A stretch of 60,422 nucleotides of DNA from a virus. Its lineage: Duplodnaviria; Caudoviricetes. Where the stretch lies: the IMG/VR virus record IMGVR_UViG_3300032047_000013, positions 1 to 60,422 of that record; one strand, given 5' to 3'. Position 1 is the stretch's first letter; the number at the start of each line of letters is the position of its first letter. A program made the position numbers and the translations under genes. Positions 8,724-19,800 of this stretch are shown here, piece by piece. The notes beneath the pieces were generated by a model. It was not told the origin of the DNA. It saw only the letters and a list, made by a program, of their open reading frames with translations, and ran no database searches.

Positions 8724-9758
8724 TCAGATTATTACGTAGTTAATGCCAATAGAAAAGTCGTGCCATGATCGGTCCCAGTACTTGTGGTACTTGCCCTCAG
8801 CAAACACGCCAAAACTCCTATTGAATCTTTTACCAAAGATAAGGCCTCCTGAGTAATCCAGCCATTGGTCGCTACTTACGAAACGGTGGTAGGAGTATTC
8901 CCCGTCTGTGTCTACGTGGTAGGGGATTAGGTTGCCCCAAGTGTGTACCCAGAAGTCCTTTGTGAAGTGGTAGTAGTCGAATCCTACAACGAATGAATGG
9001 ACCCATTGGTTGGGCAACTCGCCTCTTTTCTTTGTCACGTAATTGTCAAGTACCTGAGGCACAACGACTTCCTCCCACACCTCATAGCTACTGGCTACAA
9101 GCTCACCCTGAGGGTTGAAGAACTCCCCTGTGTTGACGTCTATATTATAGCCCTCCTGAAGCGCCAAAGAGGTGAAGTGGAGCTGGTTGTTGTCCAGAAC
9201 CCATTCGTTCAAAGGATCGTACCCGTATGGCTCTGAGAGGCGCTGCATGATCCCCGCATTCAAGGACAGCTTACCTAGGTTGGCTCTCACCCTCTGTGAA
9301 CCCTCGAAGTAGCTTACGTCCGCAAACCCATCCTGCAGGTACTCTACCTTGGTGATCCAGCGCTCGCCTACGTAGCGCAAGAAGTGATCTTGGTCTAAGT
9401 AGTTGATTCCCTGCTGTCTACGGTAGTCACCCTCGAACAAGAACTCGAATCCTTTTACTTTACCTATCGTAGCAGCGTCCCCGTAGGACTTCTCTGTTCC
9501 GTTGTAGAAGGTGTTGGCCCTGTTCTCGTATCCGAAGCGAGCGATCTTACGCACCCCAGCAGTGAACGAGTAGTCGAATGGCGTCTTGAGTACGTCTGTC
9601 TGTAGCCCGTTGCCTACAGAAAACACCTCTTGATCTGAGATAGAGTTGCCTCCGCTGAACGCTGTGTAGAACGTAGCGAACTTCAGGGCCTTCTTTACTG
9701 CCTGTCCTGATGCGCTGGCGCTGACAAGAAAAAGCAGTAGTGTCGCTACATATCTCAT
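8724..9758 (-). CDS. exported protein, probable outer-membrane beta-barrel
   Basis: Signal peptide with Gln at +1; alternating aromatic beta-strands; C-terminal FSIGINYVII resembles a beta-signal. Confidence 0.6.
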   Translation of the reverse strand: MRYVATLLLFLVSASASGQAVKKALKFATFYTAFSGGNSISDQEVFSVGNGLQTDVLKTPFDYSFTAGVRKIARFGYENRANTFYNGTEKSYGDAATIGKVKGFEFLFEGDYRRQQGINYLDQDHFLRYVGERWITKVEYLQDGFADVSYFEGSQRVRANLGKLSLNAGIMQRLSEPYGYDPLNEWVLDNNQLHFTSLALQEGYNIDVNTGEFFNPQGELVASSYEVWEEVVVPQVLDNYVTKKRGELPNQWVHSFVVGFDYYHFTKDFWVHTWGNLIPYHVDTDGEYSYHRFVSSDQWLDYSGGLIFGKRFNRSFGVFAEGKYHKYWDRSWHDFSIGINYVII

Positions 9759-12187
9759 TGTTTGATGATTTTCTTTTTGACTCTTCTGTTCTCGTAGTCT
9801 ATCACGAACATATATGCTCCGTCAGGCAAGTCACCTAGGCTTACCACCTTGTCTTTTGTAGGGTCTATCACCCTTTGGCCCAGTGAGTTGTATACGGTTG
9901 CAACGGCTCCTGCAGGGGATTGAATCCTTACTATGTCTCTGGTTGGGTTAGGGTTCACTTCGCAGATAGTATTGTCTAGTATGGTTACGTTGGTCACCCC
10001 GTCACCGCAGTACTCGTACAGGTTGATGCAGTACGCATCCCATCCCACCTCACAGCAGTAGGGGTCCACCTCGATCACCCATGAGTAGCAGTAGTCGTTG
10101 GCCCAGTATGGAGATCCAGCACCCGTCACACAGCCAGCGTCATACACGCAGTCATCAGCGTCTGTGTTGGCCTCTTCGTTGTAGTTGTAGGCGTCGATGT
10201 CCAAGCATCCTTCGATCACAGGTATGCAGGAGTCAATGTCTACGTTGGCCTCTGGGTCGTAGTTAAGTGCCTCAGGATCAGTGCATCCGAACATGGCTAG
10301 TGTGACGCAAGAACCGTCATCATAATCAGCCTCAAATCCTTGCTCGTAGTATTCAAGGTACCCAGCCTGTGTACAGCCCGCTGCGTAGTAGCATCCACTA
10401 TCATCAATGTTCGCCACGCTGCTGTAGTTCTGGGCTTCTTCGTCTGTGCATCCAGGCACAAACGGCTCGCACGTATTTCCGCAGTAGGGAGTCACCGAGT
10501 AGGTGTTAGGGTACGGGACCATGCTCCACTGAGCTACGTCGATTAGAGTGTCACCTGTAGGCCCCATCAGCATGAATCCACACTGCTCTACTTGGTTTTG
10601 GGACTGAGGAGTCGTAAAGAAGTAGATCTCAATCTCTTCCTCGGACGACAGGTACACATCAAAGGACTCGTCGTTACCATCGTTAGGTCCCATCTTGTAC
10701 TGAGGTGAGGTCCATCCGTCTTGATAGATGCCTAGCCAGCTACCAAACCATCCATCGCCCACTCCGTCTGTAATGGTCAGGGTGTAGAAACAAGAGTCTA
10801 TGGCATCCTCTGTGTTGGCCAGCTCGTCGTAGTTAAAGAAAGATTCGTCAGTACAGCCATAAACCTTTTGCGTTAAACATAGGTCTTGAGAAAACTCTGT
10901 GGCCATCTCGTTGTACTCAAGGTACTCTGGGTCACCGCAACCCAATACAACCTCTGGTGCCTCGCATGCAGGGACCTCAAGGTTGGCGGCTACAGTGTAT
11001 CCAAAGTCCGCTACCTCTAGATGCCATAAGGTGTCTTGACAGGCGGTGATGTAAGCGTCCCCGTCTTGACCACCCCACTGCGAGGCCCCAAGACCATCAC
11101 CAAACGTATCGTTCAGCTTGAACTCTATGGCACTGCCTACCGCTATGCAAGTATTGAACACGAGTGGTATGCCGACTATCTGATCTGATACCTCACCTAT
11201 TGACACATCAATAATGTTTTCTGCAACGTCTTGATTCTCAAGCGAAAAGCTGGTTTCAGATGGGTAGTTGTCAAGGACAAGGGTTACAGAAACCTCTGTA
11301 TCTCCCTCCTCGCAATCAACATCTCCGCTTGTGGAACACGATCCGTCATCGAAGTTGGCCCAAGGGTTCCAGTTACTGGCACTAGGGTTCACGCACCCAG
11401 GAACAGCGCCACATGGCAGGCAGCTCTCCCAACAAAAAGGGGGTAGTGACAAAGGCCCGTCTACCACAAGGCTCCTGTTTACATAACCAAACTCATCAAA
11501 CAAAAAACAAGGAGACTCAGAAACGCCCACTGGCAACTCCTGAACCTCCCATTCGTCTGCAGAGAACTTCCATAGATAGCTGCCCTGCTGTATGGAAGCG
11601 GTAAGCTCCCACACCCCATCGCCGTCATCATCGTTCATCTGAGAACAACTGCCGCACCATGCGTTCCATTCTCCGTTTACTTCAGGAATGTCTATTTCAG
11701 GCGGATGCGGTCCATTAAGATCCAGCCTAAATGTCACATCGTACTGGCAGTTCTCTAAGTCAAAATATGCCTGTGGGTTGTAGTTGTTGGCCTCTGGGTC
11801 CGTGCAGTCAGAAAGGGGTGGAGGGCAAGGTAGTACTTCGAACAGAACAGTGATCTGAGACTCAGCAAAGTCGTACACAAACTCACTGACACCGCACGTA
11901 TTCTCTATGCCAAACCACCCCTCTCCAAAATCACAGCAGATGCCGTCACCATACTGATCACTTACGACGAGATTGTACTCCCCAACAGGTAGAAGTACGA
12001 GTTGTTGGTTGTAAGAGTTGTTTTCAAAGGGTACTGATGAAGCGTAAACGCTGTCACTACCCACCATAAGGATCTCCCACGTACTTTCTGCACCGTAGTT
12101 GTCAGCCTGAAACTCTACGTTTACCCATCCTATCTGCGCTGTGGCAAACAGCGGCAACAACAAAAGAACAGAGCTTAGCCACTGCAT
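9755..12187 (-). CDS. secreted Cys/Asp-rich repeat protein with T9SS type-A CTD
   Basis: Signal peptide MQWLSS..FATA-Q; about 8 GCTD/GCxD-x-A-NY repeats; CBM48/E-set-like VTFRLDLN..GEWNAW..DDDGDGVW; C-terminal NPNPTRD..VYNSLGQ..LPDGAYM..KKIIKQ. Confidence 0.88.
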   Translation of the reverse strand: MQWLSSVLLLLPLFATAQIGWVNVEFQADNYGAESTWEILMVGSDSVYASSVPFENNSYNQQLVLLPVGEYNLVVSDQYGDGICCDFGEGWFGIENTCGVSEFVYDFAESQITVLFEVLPCPPPLSDCTDPEANNYNPQAYFDLENCQYDVTFRLDLNGPHPPEIDIPEVNGEWNAWCGSCSQMNDDDGDGVWELTASIQQGSYLWKFSADEWEVQELPVGVSESPCFLFDEFGYVNRSLVVDGPLSLPPFCWESCLPCGAVPGCVNPSASNWNPWANFDDGSCSTSGDVDCEEGDTEVSVTLVLDNYPSETSFSLENQDVAENIIDVSIGEVSDQIVGIPLVFNTCIAVGSAIEFKLNDTFGDGLGASQWGGQDGDAYITACQDTLWHLEVADFGYTVAANLEVPACEAPEVVLGCGDPEYLEYNEMATEFSQDLCLTQKVYGCTDESFFNYDELANTEDAIDSCFYTLTITDGVGDGWFGSWLGIYQDGWTSPQYKMGPNDGNDESFDVYLSSEEEIEIYFFTTPQSQNQVEQCGFMLMGPTGDTLIDVAQWSMVPYPNTYSVTPYCGNTCEPFVPGCTDEEAQNYSSVANIDDSGCYYAAGCTQAGYLEYYEQGFEADYDDGSCVTLAMFGCTDPEALNYDPEANVDIDSCIPVIEGCLDIDAYNYNEEANTDADDCVYDAGCVTGAGSPYWANDYCYSWVIEVDPYCCEVGWDAYCINLYEYCGDGVTNVTILDNTICEVNPNPTRDIVRIQSPAGAVATVYNSLGQRVIDPTKDKVVSLGDLPDGAYMFVIDYENRRVKKKIIKQ

Positions 12188-12306
12188 GACTCGCACTCTT
12201 CAGGGCTGTCAAGGTTGCAGCTAATTTCTCCAGACTTAACCTTATCCTCTTGCTTTTTGAGCTTATCCTGATCCAAAAAGCTGATGTCGTCAAACTCGTC
12301 CTCCAT
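12175..12306 (-). CDS. 43-aa acidic mini-protein ending in C-x7-CxxC (not in ORF track)
   Basis: MEDEFDDISFLDQDKLKKQEDKVKSGEISCNLDSPEECESCSG*; exactly fills the gap between the holin and the CTD protein. Confidence 0.7.
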   Translation of the reverse strand: MEDEFDDISFLDQDKLKKQEDKVKSGEISCNLDSPEECESCSG

Positions 12307-12308
12307 GG

Positions 12309-12743
12309 TTATTTTTTTGATTTTTCGATTGTTCTGCCAGCGAAATATGCACCAAATGCTGTTAGCATTAAGATCTCCAGCAAAGATACGTATGAATCTT
12401 TGACGTTAAATGGCCAGTCATCCATGCTGTCAGCCACCATAGTCACCATAAACATGGTCATAAGGGCTATCAAAGTCACTGGCCTGATGAGCTTTGCGAG
12501 CTTTACGTCGCTACCCATGTCGGCCTTCCAGCGCTCCGTTACGTTCTCCTGAAACCTTACCTCTGCGTCGATCATAGCTTGCGCCTCTGCAGGATCTACA
12601 TCAGGCTCGTTGCCAAGAAGGTTCTTAACAATACCCAACGCACCCTTGTCAGGAAGGGCATCACCCATGACATCCAAAACCTTTGGGGCCTTTGACTTTA
12701 GCCAAGCCCCGAGCTTAGTGTCTTTAATTTTCTTATCCTTCAT
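12309..12743 (-). CDS. putative holin (3TM GTA-holin-like)
   Basis: ERWKADM..LAKLIRP..TM..TM..FGAYFAGRTIEK pattern. Confidence 0.75.
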   Translation of the reverse strand: MKDKKIKDTKLGAWLKSKAPKVLDVMGDALPDKGALGIVKNLLGNEPDVDPAEAQAMIDAEVRFQENVTERWKADMGSDVKLAKLIRPVTLIALMTMFMVTMVADSMDDWPFNVKDSYVSLLEILMLTAFGAYFAGRTIEKSKK

Positions 12744-12985
12744 TTTCTTTTCTTTACTCTGTATCTAGAAACCCTACCTTTCTCTCTCTTTTCTTTTCTG
12801 GCCCTTGCCTTCTCAGCAGGCGTTAGCTCCCCCGCTGTCACTGGTGTGTCTTTTGAAATCCTTTTCGTGGGTCTAAACGACCTATCCCCCTTGGAGTAAT
12901 CCTTGTCTCCAGAAAGTGTTCTCCAGTCCTCCTTGAACCAGCGCTTCAGGTTAAGCCCAGCCTTTGTCTTCCTGACCTTAGGCAT
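12740..12985 (-). CDS. small basic phage protein
   Basis: LKRWFKEDW..RPTKRIS..TP.T..EL motif common in marine phages. Confidence 0.75.
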   Translation of the reverse strand: MPKVRKTKAGLNLKRWFKEDWRTLSGDKDYSKGDRSFRPTKRISKDTPVTAGELTPAEKARARKEKREKGRVSRYRVKKRK

Positions 12986-13332
12986 TACTTCTTGCTTTTA
13001 TTGCCCCAGTTGGCAGCCCCAACCTTGCGGCACTTTGCGAGAGCCCCTGATGCGTATGCCGAGGGCCACACGCTATATCTTGCTCGAACCTTGTTATAGC
13101 AAGCGTCTTTCTTGGCCTTCATTTTACCTCCCTTGGCCATCTTTTCGGTCTTTCTGTACCTATACTCCCCACTCTTCGTGTCTTGATAAAGCTTAAAGGA
13201 TGGAGCCCTACTATCTGATGCCCCACTGGTGTACCCTTCTGATCTAAGCTTATTATCAAGCATCTTCTCTGCCGTTTGACGACTCTTGCTGGCCGCGTAA
13301 GCTGGATTTGATTTCTTCTTAACCTTTGGCAT
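12985..13332 (-). CDS. small basic phage protein
   Basis: KDACYNKVRARYSVWPSAYASGALAKCRK motif. Confidence 0.75.
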   Translation of the reverse strand: MPKVKKKSNPAYAASKSRQTAEKMLDNKLRSEGYTSGASDSRAPSFKLYQDTKSGEYRYRKTEKMAKGGKMKAKKDACYNKVRARYSVWPSAYASGALAKCRKVGAANWGNKSKK

Positions 13333-13510
13333 GGTTGGCAGTTTTGAATTTAGCTTTTGCTACAGCCCCAGGATGAGGCTTGTAGTCACCCTTCATCAAG
13401 AAGTAGCGTCCACGCTCTTCCATCCAGTGATATCCTTTAGGAGGCTCCACTGACACGGTCTTCTGAGAAACCTTGAGCTTTCCTCCTTTGTTATACTTAA
13501 CTGTTTTCAT
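13319..13510 (-). CDS. small basic phage protein
   Basis: MKTVKYNKGGK..PPKGYHWM..LMKG.YKPH; start placed at ATG 13510. Confidence 0.7.
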   Translation of the reverse strand: MKTVKYNKGGKLKVSQKTVSVEPPKGYHWMEERGRYFLMKGDYKPHPGAVAKAKFKTANHAKG

Positions 13511-13511
13511 G

Positions 13512-13805
13512 TCAGCAATTCCATTTTCTAAGAGCAAGGGCCTTGCGTGTAGGCTTGCCGTTTGGTTTTCTCATTGGCCCCTTCACTCCGCTCATGCGAG
13601 CGCAGAAGGACTTCCTTCTCCCAGCGGCCTTACTTCCCTTCTTGAGTTTTGATGGAGGGGTAGTTACAGCAGTCTTAAGTTTGCTTCCTGGGTTTGCTCG
13701 CCTGTACGCGGCCACACCAGCCTTGGTCAGCCCACCAGATCTGCTCTTGTGAACACCCATCTTCATCTTAGGCATTACGCCCTTCTTCTTTTTAACCTTA
13801 GGCAT
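13512..13805 (-). CDS. small basic phage protein (DUF6321-like)
   Basis: GGLTKAGVAAYRRANPGSKLKTAV..RRKSFCARM..ALRKWNC. Confidence 0.75.
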   Translation of the reverse strand: MPKVKKKKGVMPKMKMGVHKSRSGGLTKAGVAAYRRANPGSKLKTAVTTPPSKLKKGSKAAGRRKSFCARMSGVKGPMRKPNGKPTRKALALRKWNC

Positions 13806-13810
13806 GACTG

Positions 13811-13818
13811 CAAATATA
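13811..13818 (-). promoter_or_regulatory. -7 element TATATTTG (probably gives a leaderless transcript)
   Basis: 5 nt before the ATG at 13805. Confidence 0.7.
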
Positions 13819-13835
13819 AGAAATTATTAGGCGGC

Positions 13836-16800
13836 TCACTTTCCTTTTAGATTGTTGTAAACCCTGTTGAACTCCATGATAACCTTTCTTTCCTCCTCAA
13901 AAAGCTTTTGCAGCTTAGAGGTTCTCAGAGTGTAGTCCTTTTCTCTTCTCGCTTCTCTTTTAATGGCTCTTAGCTTCTTTAGCTCTCTTTCAGATTTTTT
14001 TAATTGTCTGTCTAGCTTTTTAAGTCCGTCGTATCTGTCTCCTTTGCTGTTTCTCTGAGCCCTGCTTAGCTTCTTGTACTCTCTGCTAAGCTGAACAATT
14101 CCATCCCTTCTGTCAGCATAAAGCTCAAAGTCGTAGTACTTTGATGGCTCCCCGTATAGGGCTCTCATCATTGCAATATCATTGAACTCTACATCTATTG
14201 ATGGGTCAACTGTCTTCGCAGCTACCTTTCTGGTCGCCTCAACACCCCTGGTGATATCCCTTCCCACACCTCCAATAGCGTACTCAAACAAGTACCACAT
14301 TTTGTCTGGGTTGAAATCAACAGATCCAGATACCTCAGAAGACCCTCCTGTTGCCTCATTCATCCACCTAAAGAAACTTTGAACGCTTTCAGGTGATCTA
14401 AACGCCAACTCCGACTCTGGCTTAGGCGCCCCGAATGGTGACTGATCTGCGTGAACCTTTCCCCCGAAGTATGTTTCGTTAGCCAACACGTCAACTATGG
14501 GCTTGAATGGCGTAGGTACGGCACCCTTGCTTATAGATGTAATCAAGTCCTTTGACTGCCCGAAGCTAACTGGTGAGAACGAAGTGAGAATTGAGTTCGT
14601 CATGAACGTAACCCCAGACCAAGGCTTCCTGTGGCCCATAGCCACCTCCGTCATAGACTGACCCATGTTTGCGAATACATTGTACCCGTATGGCATAGGG
14701 ACCTTGATGTAGTTCTCTCCGTCTACCATGATAACCATGGCTCTTTCCTTGACGTAATCTGGAATCTTATTGTAGAACAACTCGTCATCCTCATCTCTGT
14801 CTGATAGAGCTATGTTAAGCATAGTAAGCATGGAGTTGAATAGAACCATGCCCCCAGCAAGCTTCTGAGGCGTAGTAATTCTTTCTCTCCCCTTGCGCGT
14901 CGTACCGTCAGCCTTCTGCTTAGGCTTAAGGGTTCCCATGGATCTAGCAAATCTAGCCGTACCCTGAACGCCAGCGTTGAAGAAGAGGTATACTGCATTG
15001 AGGACTTGTCCGTACTCTCCCTGCTTGTTGAAGTTCACTGTTACGTTCTTAGCAAACTGAGCCGACTTAGATCTGCTCACACCGTTCTTCCTCGCGGCAA
15101 CATACGCGGCCATCCTTACGCTGTTCTCAAAGGCCTCGTTGACACCCTCTACGAACTCGGCAGTGTCGCTAATCTTTCCAAAGAGCTTTTGAGCTACACC
15201 CTTGACTCCTGACTTAGGGTCTGATGTGTCTGATACGATGCCCTCTTGTATTTCCTGAATAGATTTAACGTGACTCCATCCAGTCCTTCCGCCGTCCTCT
15301 TTGAACTCTTCAAAGTACTTCTTGATCAGAGGGTCTGAATCCTTTCCTACAGAGTCTTTAAGGAATGCGCTTAGTGAAGAAGGAACCATCTTCATCATAT
15401 CCTTTACGACCTTCTGTCCGTTCAACACACCTCCCTCAATCTCCGTCTCTGCCGAGGCGTTAAATACAGCGGAGCCTATGTCCCTAACGAAGTTGTTGAT
15501 CGCAAACTCAGGACGCAGGGTAGTGTAAGACCTTCTTAACCAACCAGATAGACCCCTCATGACCTTCAGGAAGGTGTTGGTTTTAGACACCCCCATATCC
15601 CTAAGTGACTGAGCGTGAGATGGATCAGCAAACTGCATAGCCATCTGTTTCCCGTCAACCCTAACACCTACGACGTCCAGGTTGCCTATGCTTCTCTTCT
15701 CCCCCTTCTTCTCTGGATCAAATACACTCCAGACATCCTTGTTTGAATTCTCCTTTATGAGGTTGTATAGAGATTTCATAACCTCGTTCTTCTGACCTCT
15801 TACGTGAGTAGCAGCGTTCATGTGAACCGTTTGGGCGAACAGGTTGATGGCTGGCGTCTTACGGCCTTCTGCCTTCTTTATCCTGCTTCCGCTAACGTGA
15901 AAGCCTGTGCTTCCGCTGGGATATGTGCCTACGTTTTCTCCGCTTTCATCAATGGCAATACCAGCAAGTGGAACGTAATTCTTAAACATGTCCTCAAACG
16001 CATCAATCCGTGCGTCTGTCTCTAGACCGAGCTTCCGCATGGTATTTCTTGTGTCTTGAGCTATGTCTTGAATCTTCTGCCCTGCTTCTTCAAAAGCCTT
16101 AAGCTTTCCAGACTTAGCTATCTCATCAATGATTTCCTGAGCCTCAAGGTCGCTAATACCACTACCGTTGTCAACGCCTTCTCTCTCAAGGAGTAGGGCG
16201 TTTCTCTCAGGTGCGTGAAGGGCATACAGGTAGTCGGTAATGTCTTGCTCTGTGATACCGTTGTCCTTCATTATAGAAGTAATATCACTTACTCTTTCAT
16301 CGAGCTTCTCCAGGGCTGTAGCCGCCTTTCCGTACATGAGCTCCTCGGCCATCTTGAAGTCCTGACTCTCATCAACGGGTCGGCCCTTAGATTTTTCGAC
16401 GTCAGCCTGAATAAGCTCTATCTCTCTGTACTTGTTGGCCATCTTCCGAAGGAAGTTGTCTGTCACCTCTTGAACCCGACTCTTGGATCGCACATCAAAT
16501 GACTTTCCGTCGTGCTCTACTGTTGTCATAGGGTTGGCCTTTGAGAACCTTCCAGCCATCCCGCTGTCAAGCCTACCTCTTATCGAAGACCTTACGGCTT
16601 GTGCAGACTCTTCTGGCTGGAACTTTGGGTCCATCTCTGAAAGATTGGGCCACTCCTGAAGATAAGTGAGGTCCTGTTCAAATCCGTCGATTACAACCTC
16701 GAAGGGGAATGCGCTTTCTGGATTGTTACGAATAAGCACATCGTCTGCGCTTACCACAGGTATTAACTTTGCTGCTACTGCGTGACCTGACTTTGCAGCC

Positions 16801-19800
16801 GCAAGTTCGGCGTCAAGAAACTGAGCCCTAGACAAAGACAAGGAGGGTATAGACTTAAGAGCTCCTCTTTTTCTTGGTGTGGTTTTTCTTGCGTCTATGT
16901 TCAACAACAGCGCCTTCATGAAGTCATTTCTTTTTGAGAAAGAGAGCTCGTTTATACTCTGCACCTCTTTATTTATAACGTTGGAAAGTGTTTCAAATAC
17001 AGCCAGAAGGTTGTTGTTGTCTGGTATGGAGATCTTTAATCCCTTCTCCTTAATCTTCATAACGCCGTTCTTGTAAAGCTTTTCTGCGGTTGCTTGCAGC
17101 TTGTCCTTTCCTCGGCCCTCAATTACTGCTGGGTGACTCTTAAGTCTAAGAAGCACGTTTCTCAACAAATCCGTCCTTTGCTTTGACCCCCCACGTTTAG
17201 AAAAGTCCAATACGTCTTCGACGGCTTCTCTTATTTGCTTTGAAGCCACTGGATCGCTCTCAGCCACCTCCATGATCTGCCTCCAGGTTTGCTCAAAGAC
17301 TTCAGGGTTTCCGTGAACATACTCTTTACCCTGAGTAAAATAGGTGATTACAATTTTTCTGTTTCTGTTCGGAGATGCGTTGTCAGCTCTAATCGCCTTC
17401 TGTATCTTCTTCTTTGTTTCAAGTGCCTGATTTCGGTTTCTGTGAGAAAACAAAACATCGGGCTTAGTTTCTGCAACTCCAGACTTATTAGCGATCCAGC
17501 TTGAGTCGTAAGCCATCGCCACATAAATGGGATTCACCAAGCCCTTGATAAGGCCCTTAAGAGTTCCCATTACAGAGTTTGGTCTCCCCTCCATTGCCTT
17601 AAGCTGCTTCTTTGTTGGCTTCTGCGAAACCACCTCAGAAGGTGCCTTGGCAAATCTTCCCGTGCTTCTTGCGCTCTCTTGCTCTTCAGGATTTTGTTCT
17701 GCGAGCAAAGAGTGCTCTCTTTCGCTTAGGTTGAATAGCTCTGGGTACTTGGCCGTGCTGATCGTATTACCGCGCCCAAGCATATCCTGCATCTCCTCCT
17801 CTGTAATCTCTAGCTCATTGAACAGGTTAATGTTTTCGAGCTGTATCTCTGCTGCCTCAAGCTTAGCCTCTGCAAGCTGCCTCTCAAGACCCAAGGACTT
17901 TCTCACGGGGGCATCCCTTAGGATTTTATCTATAGCTGGAGCAAAGTCAAAGAAGTTGGTGTTTGAGTAATTTGGATTACTCCTCCAAGCATCTCCAGCG
18001 TCTTTTTGTACCTCTGAGGCCTTTTTTCTGATTGCGTCAACTTGGTTGCCCAACTCTAACTTCTTCTCCGTTTGGCGCTCCTGATAAGTGGAGTACCTTC
18101 TCTTAGCCTTTCCAGTTGGACGCTCTTTTGGTTGAGGAAGGATGTACTCCTGTCCATCTATATCAACACGCATCTCAGTAACTCTGTCTGGATATACGTA
18201 TGATCCGTCAGCATTGGTTCCAGCCATACCCCTGTACCAGTTGGCAAAGTGATCGTAGCTGTTGAATGGTCCTGCTGTCTTTGGCCTTCCGTATTCCCCT
18301 TGAGCCACACCGCCAGTTCTTATTACATATTCGTGGCCCTTGTATCTAACTCTAGCTCCTTCCTTTGGCCACTGAGCCTTAGCCATCCTTCCGCTGGCCT
18401 GAGTCTGATCTCCCTGGATATCTACCTGCTTGCCTCTAGTAGCTCTTTCAAGCTTCTTGCCGAGGGCGATAACGTCGTTCTCGCTCTTAATTGTTCCGCC
18501 GAGACCCATGGTGTCAAGAACCTTTTGAGCGGCCTTGATGAACCAATTCTTTTGAGACTTGTACTTTGATGGGTCGTTAGCGTAGTCAATCATGAGGCCC
18601 ATAATGGCCTCTTCCTCAAGCATAGCGGTGTCTTTGCCCTGCTCTCTGGCAGCCTTAGCCATCTGATCGACAGACATTTCAGACGCATCTATATCTCCGT
18701 AATTCTGAAGCCTTTCTCTAAGTATGGCCTCTGCAGCTTTATTCTTCTTCGCCAAAGAGATAAGGCTGTCAAACGTAGCGGCTCTCGTCTTAGAGTCTTG
18801 ACCAATAGCATTAACAAAGGCCTTGTGTGCAAACTCCTCCCTTACGGTGTTTCTTGTTGCCTTTGGACCAAGGTGTATTGTTCCATCTGGAGCCATGTAT
18901 CCATCTATCGGGCCTGCCTCCGCTCTGGTTTGCTCGTCTACGTTCCCAATGGACTCTTGAGTCTTGTGAAACACAACCTTACCCTCCTGCATCGTGTCGC
19001 TCTTGAGGCTTCCCTGAAGAGTCCTTACTTCCTCCGCGATAGTTGTATCTACTGTTTCTGACTCAAGAAGCTTTCCTCCAACATCATCGTTAAGGTCAAA
19101 CTCCTCGAAGTCATCGACAAGCTGCTCCTCTTGTGTTGGTTCTGCCTGCACAGGTTGCTGCTGAGTGTCATCCTCTATGGTAACCTCAGTTGGCTTACCC
19201 TGCTCGTCTGGGATTGCTACAGTCTCTGGCTCCGCCTTTACGCCCAGCAAGTCCCTAAGGTCTCCCTCAAGCTCTGCTTGTTTTGCAGCCGCCTCATTAA
19301 GGTCACCAAACTCTGCAGCCTCTGTAGCTGCTGTTGCTTCTGCGTCTGAGGTTTGCTCTTGAGCTTGACCGACTTCTCCGATAAGTCTTAGTGCCTCCTT
19401 CTTTCTAGCCTTCAAGGTTGCAACCTTTTGAGTTGCTGCTTCTTGAGCTTGAGGCGACTCCGCGTCAATACCTGCCCTCTCTGCAGCCTCATCTACTTCT
19501 GCTTGAGCTTGTTCTATTTCCGAATCAATGCTCTCAAGGGCCTGTGACACTTCGTCACTAAGCGTCTGCTCTTGTGGCTGAGCCTCTTCCGATACATCCT
19601 CCTGAGTCGTCTCTGCTTCAGGTGCAGAAACATCAGCTTCCTCTGACACAGACTCACCTGTTCTTGTTTGATCTTTCTTCGACTCAATGGATTCAATAAG
19701 GGCTCCACCAAAAGCTTCGTCCTCGTTCACCTCAATCTTCATCTTTTGAAGCTGATCGTAGGTGGATGTTGAGACCACATCCTCAAGAGCCTCTTTGGTC

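Noticed and set aside
5380-12306. Host chromosomal DNA or prophage boundary
   Set aside because: The genes are tightly coupled to the phage holin operon and flanked by phage genes on both sides; no integrase or att-like repeat was seen.
12484-12510. Second hammerhead candidate (CTGATGA-GCT..AGC)
   Set aside because: No GAAA, stem III or cleavage triplet follows; it lies antisense within the holin.
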